A DNA stretch of 64,000 bases from Geosiphon pyriformis uo1 (GCA_016748015.1 JAAOMT010000570.1:252043-316042), one strand, 5' to 3'. Positions 25,893-39,911 are shown, counted from the stretch's first letter. Translations and numbers: made by a program. The notes: generated from the sequence alone by a model not told the origin.

Positions 25893-26753
25893 TGTTACAA
25901 ATGATTATTTGGGGTCTCAAATCAAATAACAAACCCATAATTTGGTGCTCAATTGATTTAATAATGTTGATTTCTGAAGGTTTTCATGATCTGAAGGTTT
26001 TAATTGAGTCTTTTGTATAATGGACAGAAATTCAATAGTGTTTTAGTAGCCTCCTGAAATTGCAATTCTATCGAATTTCTTTCTTAGTATGGTGGCCAGT
26101 AATCTGGCAGAAATGTCTTTCTGATAAGCTATCATTAAATTATCAATTCTATACCCTTTTTTTGGGGTCTTTTACCAAACTATTCTTAACATTAATAACT
26201 CAATGTTTTATTCTTTAACTTCAATTAGTAAACAAAAAAAAAAATAACCAAAGAAAATAAAAGAAAATAAAAGAAAAATAAAGAAATAAGCCAAGACAAT
26301 AAATGTTAATATCCCATCAATAGTCGTAATTAAGAGTTATTGTTCCAGTGTGATTAAGTATTAATTACTATCAACATAAAGTGTTGATAATGGAAAATAG
26401 ATTAAGATAGTGAATAATTATTTATTGATATTTGTGAATGAAAAGGTTGCTTAGATCAAATCTAAACTAAGAGATCTGTCTTTTTTTTTTAACACTATCA
26501 CTATATATACATAATTAAGATTTCTCAATTTCTCAATTTTTCACACCAGGAATTCTGGAATTCCTGGAATCCTGTAATTTCTTTGAAAGAAATTCTGGAA
26601 TTCTAGAATTCTGTAATTTCTTATATAAAAATCCTGAAATTTCTGGAATTTTGCAATTCCTCTGAGAAGAATCTTGGAATTTCACATTTACTACATCTAC
26701 TTTTGATTGGCTACTTTATATGCTAATATACTTCCTATATTTTACAAGTAACA
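25893..26753 (-). repeat. 5' LTR of B
   Basis: 861 bp, adjacent to the PBS. Confidence 0.93.
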
Positions 26754-26757
26754 ACAT

Positions 26758-27478
26758 TATTCTCTCCAAAGAGATTAAGCTCCAGCAAAATCAAGCTATT
26801 TATGATGTAATCTATTTGAAAAGTTTTATTTAACTCAAAGCTAACTAGTTTGTTGAAGTCTTTTGTGAATAGGGTATATAATACTTGAAGTGAAATAAAT
26901 TTTGTATTTAAGAGACCAAATCTTTGTATTAGAGTTTTGGCTCTTTTAGCAATAGTTAAAACTCTTAGGACATTTAATTTTATAATGCCCAAAATTTCTG
27001 CCTGTATCTCTGAAGTTGTTTTTTTTATGAGTTTTATATCCTCTATGATTTCTCTAAGATGACCATAGAATTCTAATTGTCTTCCATATAACAAGTTTTT
27101 GTCTATAAGCAATATTTCTTGAATTGTTTTTTCAATTGTGCTAAAAGGTGAAAATATAACCACTGTTATACTTTTTAACAGATATTTATCTATTTTGTTA
27201 CCAATTTTTTCTCTTCTGGTAATAGTTTTCTTTGGTCTGATAACAGTATGTGTTCCACTATTATCAGTTATGGTAATTTGTTTTTTAATGGTCAAAGTAG
27301 CATTTGAATAGTTTTTGATCCAATACTCATAGAGAGTATAGAAAGTGTTTTGAATGTTTTGATTCAGAAAATAATTGTTCATGTCGATTGAAAATATCTT
27401 TGTTTTGGGAATAATGCATTTATTTATACTTGATTTTTGCTGATCATTTGAATCGGTATTATTACAACAGACAACCAA
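26758..27478 (-). CDS. ORF3 of D (open ~240 codons, unknown function; C-terminus altered by B insertion)
   Basis: ORF track 26735-27478. Lies between integrase and PPT of D; weak motif similarity to the other ORF3s (NIQ..., FYGHL, AKRAKTLI, F..L). Confidence 0.65.
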
Positions 27479-27515
27479 TTAGATTATTTATGATATTTTT
27501 TGAGTCATGTATCAT

Positions 27516-28415
27516 TATTACTCATAGAATCTAGGAAGGATATTAGTATATAAATTAGCCAATCAGAAGTAGGCACAGTAAATGTGAAATTCTAGGATTT
27601 CTCTCAGAGGAATTGCAGAATTCTAGAAATTTCAAGATTCTTGTACAAGGAATTGCAGAATTCCAAAATTGCAGAATTCTTCTTAAAGAAATTGCAGGAT
27701 TCCAGGAATTCCAAGATTTCTGGTGTGAAGAATTAAAGAATTAAGGAATTTCAATTATGTATATATAGCAGTAGTGCTAAAAGTAGAAAAAACAGAATCT
27801 TTTAGTTTTAAACCTCTCAGTTTAGATATCTAAACAACCTTCCATTCACAAAAAATATCAATAAATAATTATTCACTATCTTAATCTACTCTCCACTATC
27901 AACATTTCATGTTGATAGTAGTTAATACTTAACCACACTGGAACAATAGCTCTTGATCATGGCTATTGATGAGATATTAACTTGCAATTGCTTTTGTTTA
28001 TTTTTTTTCTTTTATTTTCTTTTATTTTTCTTTGGTATTTCTTTTTGTTGACTAATTGATTAAGAATTAAAAGTGCTGAGTTACAGATATTATAGGGACT
28101 GGTAAAAGACTCATGAAACAAGGATAGAACACTCATAGATTTGAGAATAGCTTACCAGGAAGATTACTGGCCACTACACTGAAAAAAAATTTAACAGAAT
28201 TGCAATTCTAGGAGGCTATAGAAACAACTATTGAATCTCTGTTTATTATACAAAAAACTCAACCAAAACCTTCAGACAACCAAAACCTTTAGATAACCAA
28301 ACCTTCAGATACAGTTGTCCATCAGAAACTAACATTATTAACACCAGAATATTAGTCAAGTACCAAGTTATGGATTTGTTATTTGATTTAAGACCCCAAA
28401 TAATTACTTGTAACA
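27516..28415 (+). repeat. Solo LTR C (A/B family, opposite orientation) inside D
   Basis: Reverse complement of the B LTR; TATTAC...GTAACA; TSD TCAT (27512-15 / 28416-19). Confidence 0.92.
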
Positions 28416-29640
28416 TCATGAACAAGATGATTATTGAAGATTGTTTCAGATTGATCTTAAAGAATATAAAAACCATTGTTCAAAACTTTGTTGACTATAA
28501 AGGGTTCTTTCCATTGATTAGAGAATTTATTACCATATACATTGTCTTTGTCTGAACAGTATTCCAATATCAAGTCACCAATACTTAAAGAAAGTATTTT
28601 ATAGATTTTCTTTTTCTTAAGCTTTTCTTGAAACTGTTTTATCTTTTTAAAAGCAATTATTTATGCTTCTACCAAAGAGTTAAAAATAGTACTAAGTCTT
28701 CTTTGCAAAATGTTTTTATAATTTTCTATTGTAATTTCTTCAAAGAGTATTGTCTTAATATTAATTTTTATTGGTAATATTGTCATGTGTTCATAAAGCA
28801 GATAAAAAGATTTATAATTTGTTATGTCATAATTCACAGTTCTATAAACAAACAAAGCTGAAGACAGTATTTTGTCTCATAAGTTTGTTTCTTTACTGGT
28901 TTTGGCTAAGGTTTTACATAGTGTTCTATTGAAATGTTTTATTAAGCTATTTGTTTAAAAGTGGTAAAAAGAAGAAAGTTTATGATGTATTTCTATTTTT
29001 CTACAAAGTTCTTCAACCAGTGTACTGAAAAAAGCTCTTTCTCTATCAGATAAAAGTTCTTTGGGGCAGCCATGATGGCAGATAATATTTTTATAAATAA
29101 AATTGGCTATTAAGACTGCTGTTTAGTTTGAAGTAACTCTTGCTTCTATCCACTTTGTAAAATAGTCAATAGCTGTAATAATATATCTGTTGCCATTAGG
29201 AGTTATCATTAAAGATTCAACAACATTTATACCAATTCTGTCAAATGGTTGACCAACAGAGATTAAATAAATATCTTCTTTGCGATTGGATTTGCCTTTT
29301 TTTTGGCAAATGTCACAGATTTTGATGTATTCAGCAATGTCTTTTCCTAAGATAGGCCAATAATAGCAAGCTAAAGTTTTCTGAATTTTTTTTGTTTTTT
29401 CAAAGTGTTCAGCTAATAAGTCAGTGTGCATGTTGTATATTATAATTTCTCTTTTTTCAAATTTGATGACTCTTTGGGAATGGTTAGGATCTTTTTTGTT
29501 TCTTTTATATAATTGGTTTTGGCAGATCAAATAGAAATTTAATTGTTTGTACAAATATTTTTTTGCTGTTAAGTGTATTCTGGTGGGTATTGTCTTTTAC
29601 CCAAAAATTTCATTAAGGCAGAGTAGTTGTCCAAGTCCAT
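28416..29640 (-). pseudogene. Integrase of D
   Basis: Starts MDLDNYSALMKFL; motifs HTDLLAEHF...CDICQ, FDRIGINV, LLSDR, QWKEPF. Confidence 0.88.
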
Positions 29641-29706
29641 TATTGTGTTTGTCAAAAAGGGGAGTTACTAATAATTAAGTTGGTTTGGTTTGAGAAGCTT
29701 GTACTG

Positions 29707-32700
29707 TTACTGGATGGTAAGTCTAAAGAAAGCATCAGTATTTTGATAATTTGCTCCTTTGTGGTGTTGAATATCATAGTCAAATTCATCCAAGTAGAGT
29801 ATCCAGCAAGTTATTTGTTTGTGTTCCAGCTTTTTTTTATTGTGCAGCCAAATTAAGACTTGATAATTTGTTATCACTAAGAATTTTGCACTAAGAAAAT
29901 ATTGATTCCAGTAATTAGTAGCCTAAACTACTGCTAAACATTCTTGTTCAGTAACTGAATAGTTCTTTTCTGCTGGTATGAGGGATCTACTGGCATATGT
30001 TATGGCATGTTCTTTGCCATTTTCATCTTTTTGTAAAAAGACAGCACTAAGTCTATAGCCAGATGTATCAATGTAGAAGATAAAAAGTTGGTTCAGATTA
30101 GGTTGCTTGAAAATTGGTTTAGTAACAAGTTTTTTCTTCAGAATTTCAAAAGCTTTTTGTTGATGAGTGCCCCAATGATAATTGACATTTTTTTTGAGTA
30201 GCTGATTAAGAAAAAAGACAATTTCAGAGAAATTTTTGATAAATTTGTGATAGTAAAAAGCCAAACCAAAGAAAGAGCATAGTTCAAAAACATTCATTAG
30301 TTGTTTAATGTTCTAAACTTTTTTAATTTTAGCTTAATCAGAGAAAATTCTATCTTTTGTAATAAAATGACCAAAAAACTGGATGGATTGTCATCCAAAG
30401 AAAGATTTAATTGGGTTGATCTTAAGGCCAGCATTTTTGAGCAGATCAAAAATCTTCTGCAAATGTTCAAAATGTTTATCCCAGATTTTTGAGTAGACTA
30501 TTATGTCATTTAAGTAAACCAGAATAAAGTTTTTTTTTACTAATTTAAATACTTTGTTTATTAAACATTAAAAAGTGGGAGAGGCATTAATGAGACCAAA
30601 AGACATGACTGTGAATTCATAGGTGCCATACTTGGTAATGAAGGCAGTTTTTTTTTTGCTTTCCAAATCCATTTCTACTTGCCAAAATCCAGCAGTTAAG
30701 TCAATAGTTAAAAAGAAAGCAGCAACATTGAATTTATCTAGCATTGTATTAATTTTGGGGAGTGAGTATATGTTTCTTATAGTGATAGTATTTAATTAGT
30801 AGTAATTAACACAAAAGCATAGGGTTCTACTTTTCTTGGATACCACTACAACTGAAAAAGCCCATTCACTCTTGGTTTTTTGTATGAATTCAAGATTTTT
30901 CATCCAGTTTATCTCTTTCTTGATAAACTTATTATTGCATTGATTGGATTGATAAGGTTTTAAATAGATAAGACAAGTTTTTTTTGTGGTAATAGTGTGA
31001 TGTATCACATGGGTTCGTTCAGGGGTATTATCTTTTTTTAAGATAACTGGACTATTTCTAGCCAACAGATTTTCAATGTTCACTTTTCTTTTTTCAGAGA
31101 AAAATTTTCTTTGTTCTGTAACTAATGATTGAATTTCAAGTGGTTTATTTTTAAAAGACTTCTGTACTTCTTTTAGTTCTTCTCTGAATATTAAACTAAT
31201 TGGTTGCCAATCTTTGTAATAGATTAGACAGGACTTGCATTTATCACTAGGAGAATACAAAGATTTATTGCACTAGCATCTGGCACAAGAGCCATGCCAT
31301 CAATAATTGTATTTTGCTTTCTTGCCAGGTTTTCTATCAAAGATTCTTCTGAGGATATCATAGTAGGGCCAACAAATCAGCTTGCCATTTACCATGATTC
31401 CTTCTTTGTCAGCTTTAACATTGTCCAGTAGCTTGCTATTGCTAGTAAAGATAGTATAGGTAAGTTCAGCAATTTCTTCTTATTTTTTTTGATCTTCTTT
31501 TTTATCACTCTCATCATCATCTGATTCATCTGATTGTTTTTCTTTTGGGTTTTGCTTGGTTACTAAAAATGTTGTCCAATAGGGGCACTTAATCACAATG
31601 GGCTTTTTATTATATCTGATAGTTAGCTTACAAAGTTCATAGTCAAGTAATACTTTGGCTTTTTTGAGCCACTTATTGCCAATAATTATGGTGTACTCTT
31701 TTGCTTCAGATACTTCCATGTTAGTTTCAATGCTGATGCTATTGATGCAAACAAAAATAGCTTTGGCTATACCCAGGTTTTTCTTCTTGTCACCATATAC
31801 ATTGGTCATTGGTCGAATGAAAAGCTCATCAATCTTTCTGCCAATTGCTTTAAGAAAGTATTTGGCAATTACACTAACAGATAATCTACTGTTTAGGATC
31901 AGATCAATGAAATAACCAGCCACTTAGACTTTACAAATTAAAAGAATAACATTGCTGTTGTCAGCAAGTCTAGCTTGGCAGGAGCATTTGTTAGTTTTTG
32001 GTGTTTTCTTCTTTGGTATCAATGATTTATAAAAATTTTTTCTGAACTGTGAATGGGTTATTAGTTGGCCAAATATAATATGTGCTGGGGTTTCCATGAA
32101 ATTTTTAACAACAAAATAAAGGCCAAATTTTTGTACTATTTCTGAGAGTTCAAACTTTGGAGGATTTTTAAAAACTTTAGCCTTTAATGGCTCATTGTTA
32201 TCAGCAGTTAATTTGAATACTTTGTTTGAATTCAAAATGAAATCAATTTTGGCTTTTTTCTTTTTTTTTGTTAATATAGAGGTGTTGATTGCTAGTTCAT
32301 CTATGTCATAATTATCATCAGTTAAATTAAAAGCATAAAAAAAGTTTTCTTCTGGTTGGCTTGCACTCTTACCTTTTGGAGGTGCACCTACCAGTTTAAA
32401 GACTGATAAACAGTGGCTTCAACTAAGAGATTCTCTCCAAAAAAATTGATGTTGGCATGATTGGATCTTTGGTTAAGAATATTGTTGTTAATGGTTCTGT
32501 TGTTTTGATTGTTATTGTTTCTGGGAGCTGGAAGAGACAGGGAAGGATTGTTGCAATCTTTGGAGAAATGTTTAGTTAATCTATAGTGATAACACACAGG
32601 TGGACCACGATTTTGTTGTCTTTGATAAGGGAGTTGCTGGGGTTGATTAAAACAGGACTTAAATCTAGGGTCTTTGGGATTGTTGATTCTCTCTAACTGC

Positions 32701-33942
32701 TTGGACTAAGGGTTCTAGTAACTGAACAAGATTAGCTGTGAGTCTATCTATTAACTGTTTATTTGGGTCTTGAGTTTGAGCAGCAAAAGAGATAGCAGTC
32801 ATTTGAGGAGCAGAAGTCATAATAAGAGCAGAAGCAAAAACTAGAAGGATAGATCTCAGATGCATTCTTTGGTTATTTTTTATTCTTTGGGCAAATTCAA
32901 TAGCCATATCCATTGTGAAATTATCTTTCAAGACCAGGAGAGACCAAAGAGCATATAAGAAATCAGTTCTCAATTCTTTTGTAAAGAAATGTATTTTCTG
33001 CTCTTCCATCCAATTTTTTCCTGAGTCTATCCATTTAATTAGTTTTCTTATTGCTTTGGCATATTCAGTTACTACTTTTTCTGGGCCTTGGGTTCTTTTT
33101 TCCAATTCCATGTGCCACTTGGATATCAAAATTGGGGTTCTGAACTTATTTTCAAACTAAATAGTAAAAGAGATGTTGTTTTCTTCAGTATTTGCAGGTG
33201 TTCATTTAATGATTCTTTGGTGAGCACCAGCATCAGTTTTTTGTGAGAACCAAGTAGCAGGAGAGCCTTGGAGGTAGCCACCAATGATTTGGAACTTGTA
33301 TTCATTGTTATATTGGTTGCCTGTGGCAGCTCTTTCAAAGTCATTTAACCATTCAATTGGATCTTGTGCATTGCTTCTGAATAAAAGTAATGAGATGTTG
33401 TTTCTTCATTCCAAAGCAGTTTGTATACTTTGGAGAACAGCTAAGATATTTGCTTGCATGAAGTTATTAATTATTGGTTTAGGAGTAATTGATTGTGTGG
33501 AATGTTCTGATTTACTTGAAAAGAAATCAAAAACAGAAGCAGTTTAGTAGCTTTCTTTTTCTGTTTTAAGAGAAGTCTCAACTGATTGATGGGCAGTAAT
33601 TTAGATGTGAATTTGATGATTCAAATATTCGAAATCAGGGGGCTGTTGTTTAAAGGTTGTTAAGTATAAAAGTTGATTAATGCTGTTGTTTTTTTCTTCA
33701 AAGTTGTCTTCAAGATAAGCTTGGTCAAAGTAATAGATTGTATAAGCTGTGTAGGTTTTAGCTGAATGCTTGTTTAGGAACCAGTTCCAAAAATCTTGGA
33801 ATTGTCTGCTGGATTGTTTTTCAATGGAAAAGCAAACCAAGCAGGAGAGCAAAAAATTGAGTTCAATAAAATCTAGATTGTTTTTGTTGTATGCTTTAAA
33901 ATGTTTTTCTAATTGTTATGGCAGATATGAATAATTACCCAT
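29707..33942 (-). pseudogene. gag-PR-RT-RNaseH of D
   Basis: Starts ATG GGT (MGNYSY); gag core, CCHC remnant at ~32560-32597, PR remnant LILNS, RT (FCVNY, YLNDI), RH (DTSG, NYSVTEQECLA). No dUTPase motifs between PR and RT. Confidence 0.87.
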
Positions 33943-33994
33943 ACAATAGGAAACAAAGTGGATTTTGACAATCTTACAGGAAACATCACTTTTA

Positions 33995-34746
33995 TGTTAC
34001 AGATTGGAGTAACAAACTAACAAATAATAAGAAAGAACAGAATTGTAGGATAATGAAAAGAATCAAAAGGAATTCAACTTTAAAGAGCAAATTAAATAAG
34101 TATAAATTCAATGTGTGAGATTAGTCTCATAAAATATTTCAGTTGCTATACTTTTCAAAAGATAACCAGGAAATTTAAAGATAAAAGAATAGTCCGTACT
34201 GTCAACAAATAATCACACATTGGTATAATTCTATGCTTCATGTCAGTGCTCTTAGAATTTAATATTAGGTATTAAATATACTTTTCAGTCACGTTTTTAT
34301 TCAATAATTTTTAAATGCTGCAATTACACATTTCAAAAAAAGGGTAAAAAATAACCAACAAGTAATCTTTTATTCAAGATGTTCAGATGCTTAAAGATAA
34401 AGAAAGGGAAATTAATAATAAAAAAATGATTGAGATGAAAGTTGTTATTTTATTTCTTTTATTTCTTTTGATTCTTACATATTTTTCTACAGCTAAAAAA
34501 TTCATTACTTATATAGCTATCAAAAATGGTCAATGATCAAGTTAACAACTAGGTCAATAATCAGATCAATGATCAGATTAATGATCAAGTCATTGATCAG
34601 GTCGATGATCAAGTCAATAATTAAGTTAACAGTCAGGTCATTGATTAGGTCAATAATTACTATCTAAAAATAGGGTGGCTAATTATATGATATTAGTGGC
34701 TAATACATGTGATAATTAATAAGAAGTATAGGTTTCAACTGTAACA
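33995..34746 (-). repeat. 5' LTR of D (752 bp)
   Basis: TGTTAC...GTAACA; includes 11 x 12-bp array at 34528-34659. Confidence 0.92.
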
Positions 34747-35675
34747 ATATTAAAAAAAAATTTAAATTGATTATGTAAACTAAAATATAAATAATATTCT
34801 AAAGTATACAACTTAATACTAAAAAAACAAAAACCATATAACTTAAAAACAATAATTAAAGCTATATTAATATTAATAAAAACAAAAAAAAACATTTTAG
34901 ATTTTTTGTAACTAGCATATATTTTTATTTTAAAAAATCAAATCAGACTTTAATAAAAAATTATTAATAAGTACATAAACTTAATAATTCAAGAAGTTTT
35001 AAATTTAACAAAACCAAAAGCAATAATTATATTAATAAATTAAAATTTAAACACAAAACTTTTTATTAAAACAGTATAAACTTTATTCTACTTAAAAAAA
35101 TTTAAAGAAAGATATTATAACTCTAAAATAAACAGATTTTGTAAGATTATAAAGTTTTTTAAATATAAATTTAATCATTTATATTATAAAACAATATCAC
35201 AAAAAATCATTTTTTTTAAGTAAATTATTTATAATATAAACAAATAAATAAGTAAAAATATTAAAAATTTATATTATATTTTTTTTGTATTTAGTTATTA
35301 ATAATTTATTGTAGAGTGTTTTTATAAAATAAATTTTAAAACCAGTAATTTTAATATTAGTAAAAACAAAAACCAAAATACTAATTAAAATACTAAATAG
35401 ATATAATATTGTTCTAATCTATTAATTTATTATCTAAAAATCTATTAGCATATTTAATCTTCTATTTGATATAATTAATAATATTACAAATATTATAAAT
35501 AAAATAACAAATATTGCTAAAAATAGTTATACTACTACAATTTTAAAAAAAATAATTAGAAATTTCAAAAGATAAAAACTGATTTAAAAAGTTAATAGTA
35601 TTAACCAAACAATTTGCAATTTTATTATTAAGTATGCTAAAATAACTTTTAATTTTAACTTATTCTATACTAAAA
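34747..35675. other. Extremely AT-rich eroded region, right part
   Basis: Composition only. Confidence 0.75.
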
Positions 35676-38328
35676 TTTTTTTTTTTTATTACATTTAACA
35701 AGCAAAATCCAAACACCACCTAGAACTATACATTAAAGAAATAATCTAAACTAGGCGTAAATCATGCGTTTTTTACATGTGACCAGCCATTCGAACCAGT
35801 CAGGACAACACTATATTGTTATAACAACAAAAACTAAAGAATCTATACCAGAAAAAAATGAACAGTGTTTACGAAAACCAAAGCAGACACCAAAAGCTTC
35901 AGACATTCCAAGCAATTTAATCACACCAGCAGACAACTTCAAAGCTGAGCCAGAAATTGAGGCAGAAGCTGAGCCATCCATAGGGATCAGCTCACATTTC
36001 TCCATAAAGACACGATGTTTAGTGTAGACCAACCAAATGTCATTTCTAAAAGCAAGGCAGAAAGAGTGCAAAAAATCAGTAATCTTAACACCAGCTACTT
36101 TGGGATCCTAGAAGACAGAAACAGCCTCTGTAAACCATCCATTAAAAACAAAACTCTTAAAAAAAGCTGAGGACACCAAAAAATCTGGAGCACAGGCAGA
36201 CAACAATTACAACACACATGAGGAGGAAAGAAAAAGACCCAAAAGTTCTTTTCAAGAGAACACACCTGAATTCAATATCTGGCAATAAGCTGAGCTATCG
36301 ACCATGCAAGAAAACACATGATCTGATACCTCTATCTTCTCACAATACAGACACAGAACACTAGAAGAACATTTATTGTAAAGACACTTCCGAACAGCTA
36401 CTGGAAGCTGACAGTACAAAGCTTTCATGAAGTAAATATGAAAATCAGCAGTGCGTCTACTGGTAAAGTCTGTGGCCATGTGCAAGTCAGAGTGCCACAC
36501 CTGAGAAGATCTAAGCCAATCAACATCCAAAAGCAAACCACCCACCAGAAAGCCGGAACCAGAACCAACCTCCCAATGTACATGACAAACAGCATGAAAA
36601 ACATCCTGAACAAAATGCCTAGAATTACCAGAAACTATACCACTATTAGCCACCAAAAAATGTTCACTCATGTAAAGAGGAAGGAACCACCCAGAGAAAG
36701 AAACAGCATCAGCAAGACTATTAGTGTATTCATTCCCCAAAATGTCTAAGTGGCCCTTCATCTTGTGCCAACTGACTTTCAAATTCTTGCTGTGAATAAT
36801 ATTCTTAATGTGCCTCCACTCAACCCAATACCAATTGCAGAAGTCAGAACATATCAAACCCAACTCTGATTTGCAAGCATCCAAAGCAGCTTGACTATCT
36901 GAAAACAAGCAAACAGAGCGAGATGTTGGTATACACTTCAGAGCTAAAGCAATGGCCTGTAACTCTGCCAAAGTAGATGAAACCAAACCACAAACCCCAA
37001 CACCCAAACCCAAATTAATGTCTTCAAAAAAGACTGCAGCGCCAGCCCAACAATTCAGTGTGCTCAAATCTTTCAAAGAACCATTAGTATAAACAGACAA
37101 ACTGCCAGAATCAACTTGAGAGAGACAATTACTAACAGACACAAAATCACTAGACTTACAAATATTCAGAGGACCAACACTAATCAAATCTGAAGAAGAG
37201 GGAGGCAGGCTGCTGAAAAATGCGACAGAAAGCTTAAACCACTCAAGAACTGGGCCACAAGGGTCCAGTCTTTTCTACTGCTTAAAAGTGTACCAGTTGA
37301 AAATATTTCCACAAAAATCACATATCTGATTCACAAAAGCAATACCATAATACCAGAAGAAAGACAAGAATTTGAGAAACAAAGATTCACCCAGAACAGT
37401 AGACATAAGCACCCCATCACAAAGCCGAAAAGAGCTGGCCAGAGAGCCACTCAAAGATAAATGGCAGTCAAGAAAAATGCAAACCACACTTGATAAAAAG
37501 TTGTTGGAAGCACTAATATGAACATAAGCTGGAGAACTCAATAGATGGATGAGACGCCAACTCAGAACTTGCAAGTTGTAAGACCTGTGACTAAACAATT
37601 GACCCAGAATTCCATAGAAGTTTGCAAAACTAATAAGTGAAGTTATTTTGTTCTCAAACTAACACTGGGAGAAGGATTTCAAACCATAAAAGAAAGGATA
37701 GTAAATCGTATCACCAGGAAAATCAAGAGGGAGACCAAATTTAAGCTTTAAATCCTTGTGAACCAGAGCATCCCATTTGTTGTATACACCAACAGGAACA
37801 AAGCTAAACTGCATTCTGTAGCTGATTATAGGATAAAGAACTGCCAACACCAGATACAAGAACTGCTTATCTGAAACTGCTTTTCTTAGAGCCAAATTAC
37901 AGAAGAAATGAATGTCCAAATAAGCTTTAGCCAAGCTAGACCTAGAAAGACCATCAATAAAAAGAAAGATACCAAGATACTGATAAGATTTGCCCTTTTT
38001 GGCTATGGAAATAGGTGAACCACTAATGAAAAGAGATAGACTGCTGATTCTGCTATTGATAGGAATGGCCACAGTTTTGTTGTTATTGATTGAAATGTCA
38101 TTAATTCAAAAAAATTCACTAGCAATGTTGAGAATATGTTGAGTAGCAGCCTGACTGTCACCAATTCAAATTGTGTTGTCAAAAAAGGCCTCAGCAGCAA
38201 AAAATGATGTAAGCCCAGCCTGAGATTTGGTGCGATCACTCCTGAAGACAAAATGAGAATTAAGTCTATATTCACACACACTTTTCTGGCACTTGACTTT
38301 ACACAAAAGCGGATTATAAAATATGTGC
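35676..38328 (-). mobile_element. LINE-b 3' segment: RT C-half, RNase H, CCHC, 3' UTR, poly(A)
   Basis: Poly-T at 35676-35687; motifs VYTNGSL, LAELQAIAL, FSDSQAAL, KMKGH, CLYC...SDHVFSC, YLGI; homologous to LINE-a. Confidence 0.92.
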
Positions 38329-39174
38329 TGTTACTCATAGAAATATAAGGAATATATATTAGCATAGTTATTAGCCAATCAGAAGTAGACATAGTAAATG
38401 TGGAATTCCAGAATTTCTCTTAGGAATTGCAGGATTCCAGGAATTACAGAATTCTCATGAGGAATCACAGGATTCCAGAATTCCAAAATTTCTCTCAAAG
38501 GAATTGCAGGATTCTAGGAATTCCAGGATTTCTGTTGTAAAGAATGGAGGAATTGAGGAATCTCAATTATGTATATATAGCAGTAGTATTAGAAGCTGAA
38601 AAAAAACAGACTTCCAAGTTTAGATTTCATCTAGACAATCTTTCAAACACAATAAATAACTATTTGGTATCTTAAACCTAATTCCACTATCAACACTCCA
38701 TGTTAATAGTAATTGATACTTAAACACACTGGAATAATAGCTCTTGATTACAGCTATTGACAGAATACTGACTTGTAAAATCACTTTGGCTTATTTATGA
38801 TTTTCTTTTATTTCTTTTATTTATTTTATTTTGATTTTATTGTTGTGCACCAATTGGTTAAATAAAGCACTAGATTACTAATGTCAAGAATTGCCTGGTA
38901 AAAGATCCCTGCGAGAAAGTAGGAGACGTACAGAAGATATGAAATACTTACCAGAGAATTGCTGGCCATTATGTTAAGAAAAAAATTGACAGAATTGCAA
39001 TTCTGGAAAGCTATGGATAAAACCACTATTGAATCTCTGTCCATTATACAAAAAACTCAAACCGAAACCTTTAGATACAAAACCTTCAGATTAATAACAT
39101 CAACACGAATAACTTTTAACACCAAGTTACAGGTTTGTTATTTGATTCAACACCCCAAATAGTCATTCATAAAA
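38329..39174 (+). repeat. Solo LTR (A/B family) inserted in the LINE-b RT
   Basis: TGTTAC...ATAAAA (eroded end); TSD GTGC (38325-28 / 39175-78). Confidence 0.9.
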
Positions 39175-39178
39175 GTGC

Positions 39179-39911
39179 TAAAGAAGAGATAAAAAAACTT
39201 TTCTTTGGTCTAACCCATTATGTACATGATAGCCATCAGTTAAACTGAAATTTGTCATAACCTAATTGGTCTGATTTCTATGAATACCACCAAAAAACCA
39301 AATAAACCTGTTACACATTTTGATTCTGACCAAACACCTCTTGAGATGCTTCTATTCAACAGAATTGTATGCCTTTTGCATGTCCTGCAACACCAGCCAG
39401 AGTTCCCAATCTTTTTCCAAAGCATCCTCAACAACTGAACCAATAGTAAAGATAGGAGTTTGGGTTGTCATACCCTTCAAAACCAAAAAATTATTTCCAT
39501 AAAGAACATTATGAGTACTGCATGCCAGCAATATTCTGTCAAAAAGAATCTTGGAAAGAATTTTGCAAGCCATTTCAATCAAAGCTATAGGTCAGGTATT
39601 TGTGAAAACACTCTCCCACTCATATGGTTTAGGGATTATCGAAACCCAAGCTTCTCTTCAAGAACCAGATACAAACTCATAAGACAAGCAAGAATTTATA
39701 AGCACCAAGAACATATCTAGAACAGACCTATCACAATGTTTTTACAACTCATTTGAAATACCTGAGAGACCAGCAGTCTTGCCAATAGGTAGATCAAAAA
39801 CCATACCAAACAATTCCAAAAACTCAATTGGCTGCATTACACCACAAAAAGTTTCATCAAAAATGTAACTTAAAAGCTGATATTAACAATGCCACTCTTC
39901 TGGAATATCAA
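39179..39911 (-). mobile_element. LINE-b RT N-half segment
   Basis: KILSKILFDR, LQDMQKAYNSV. Confidence 0.9.

Larger units (their letters stand above)
16797..26753 (-). mobile_element. Ty3/Gypsy element B (A-related), nested at the PPT/3' LTR junction of D
   Basis: LTRs 16797-17658 and 25893-26753; TSD ACAT (16793-96 / 26754-57); PBS TAGTGCTCCCTGTAAG at 25875-25890; PPT at 17659-17674; colinear with A. Confidence 0.95.
16151..34746 (-). mobile_element. Ty3/Gypsy element D (no dUTPase); hosts B and solo LTR C
   Basis: LTRs 16151-16795 and 33995-34746; TSD ATAT (16147-50 / 34747-50); degenerate PBS TGATGTTTCCTGTAAG near 33973-33988; PPT displaced to ~26758-26767. Confidence 0.92.

Noticed and set aside
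25893-28415. Apparent novel element with ~870-bp inverted repeats flanking a single 247-aa ORF
   Set aside because: TSDs show the arms are B's 5' LTR (ACAT) and an independent solo LTR (TCAT); the ORF belongs to D.
34528-34659. AGGTCA nuclear-receptor half-sites in the D array
   Set aside because: The host is probably fungal, with no nuclear receptors expected; a hexamer match alone is uninformative.
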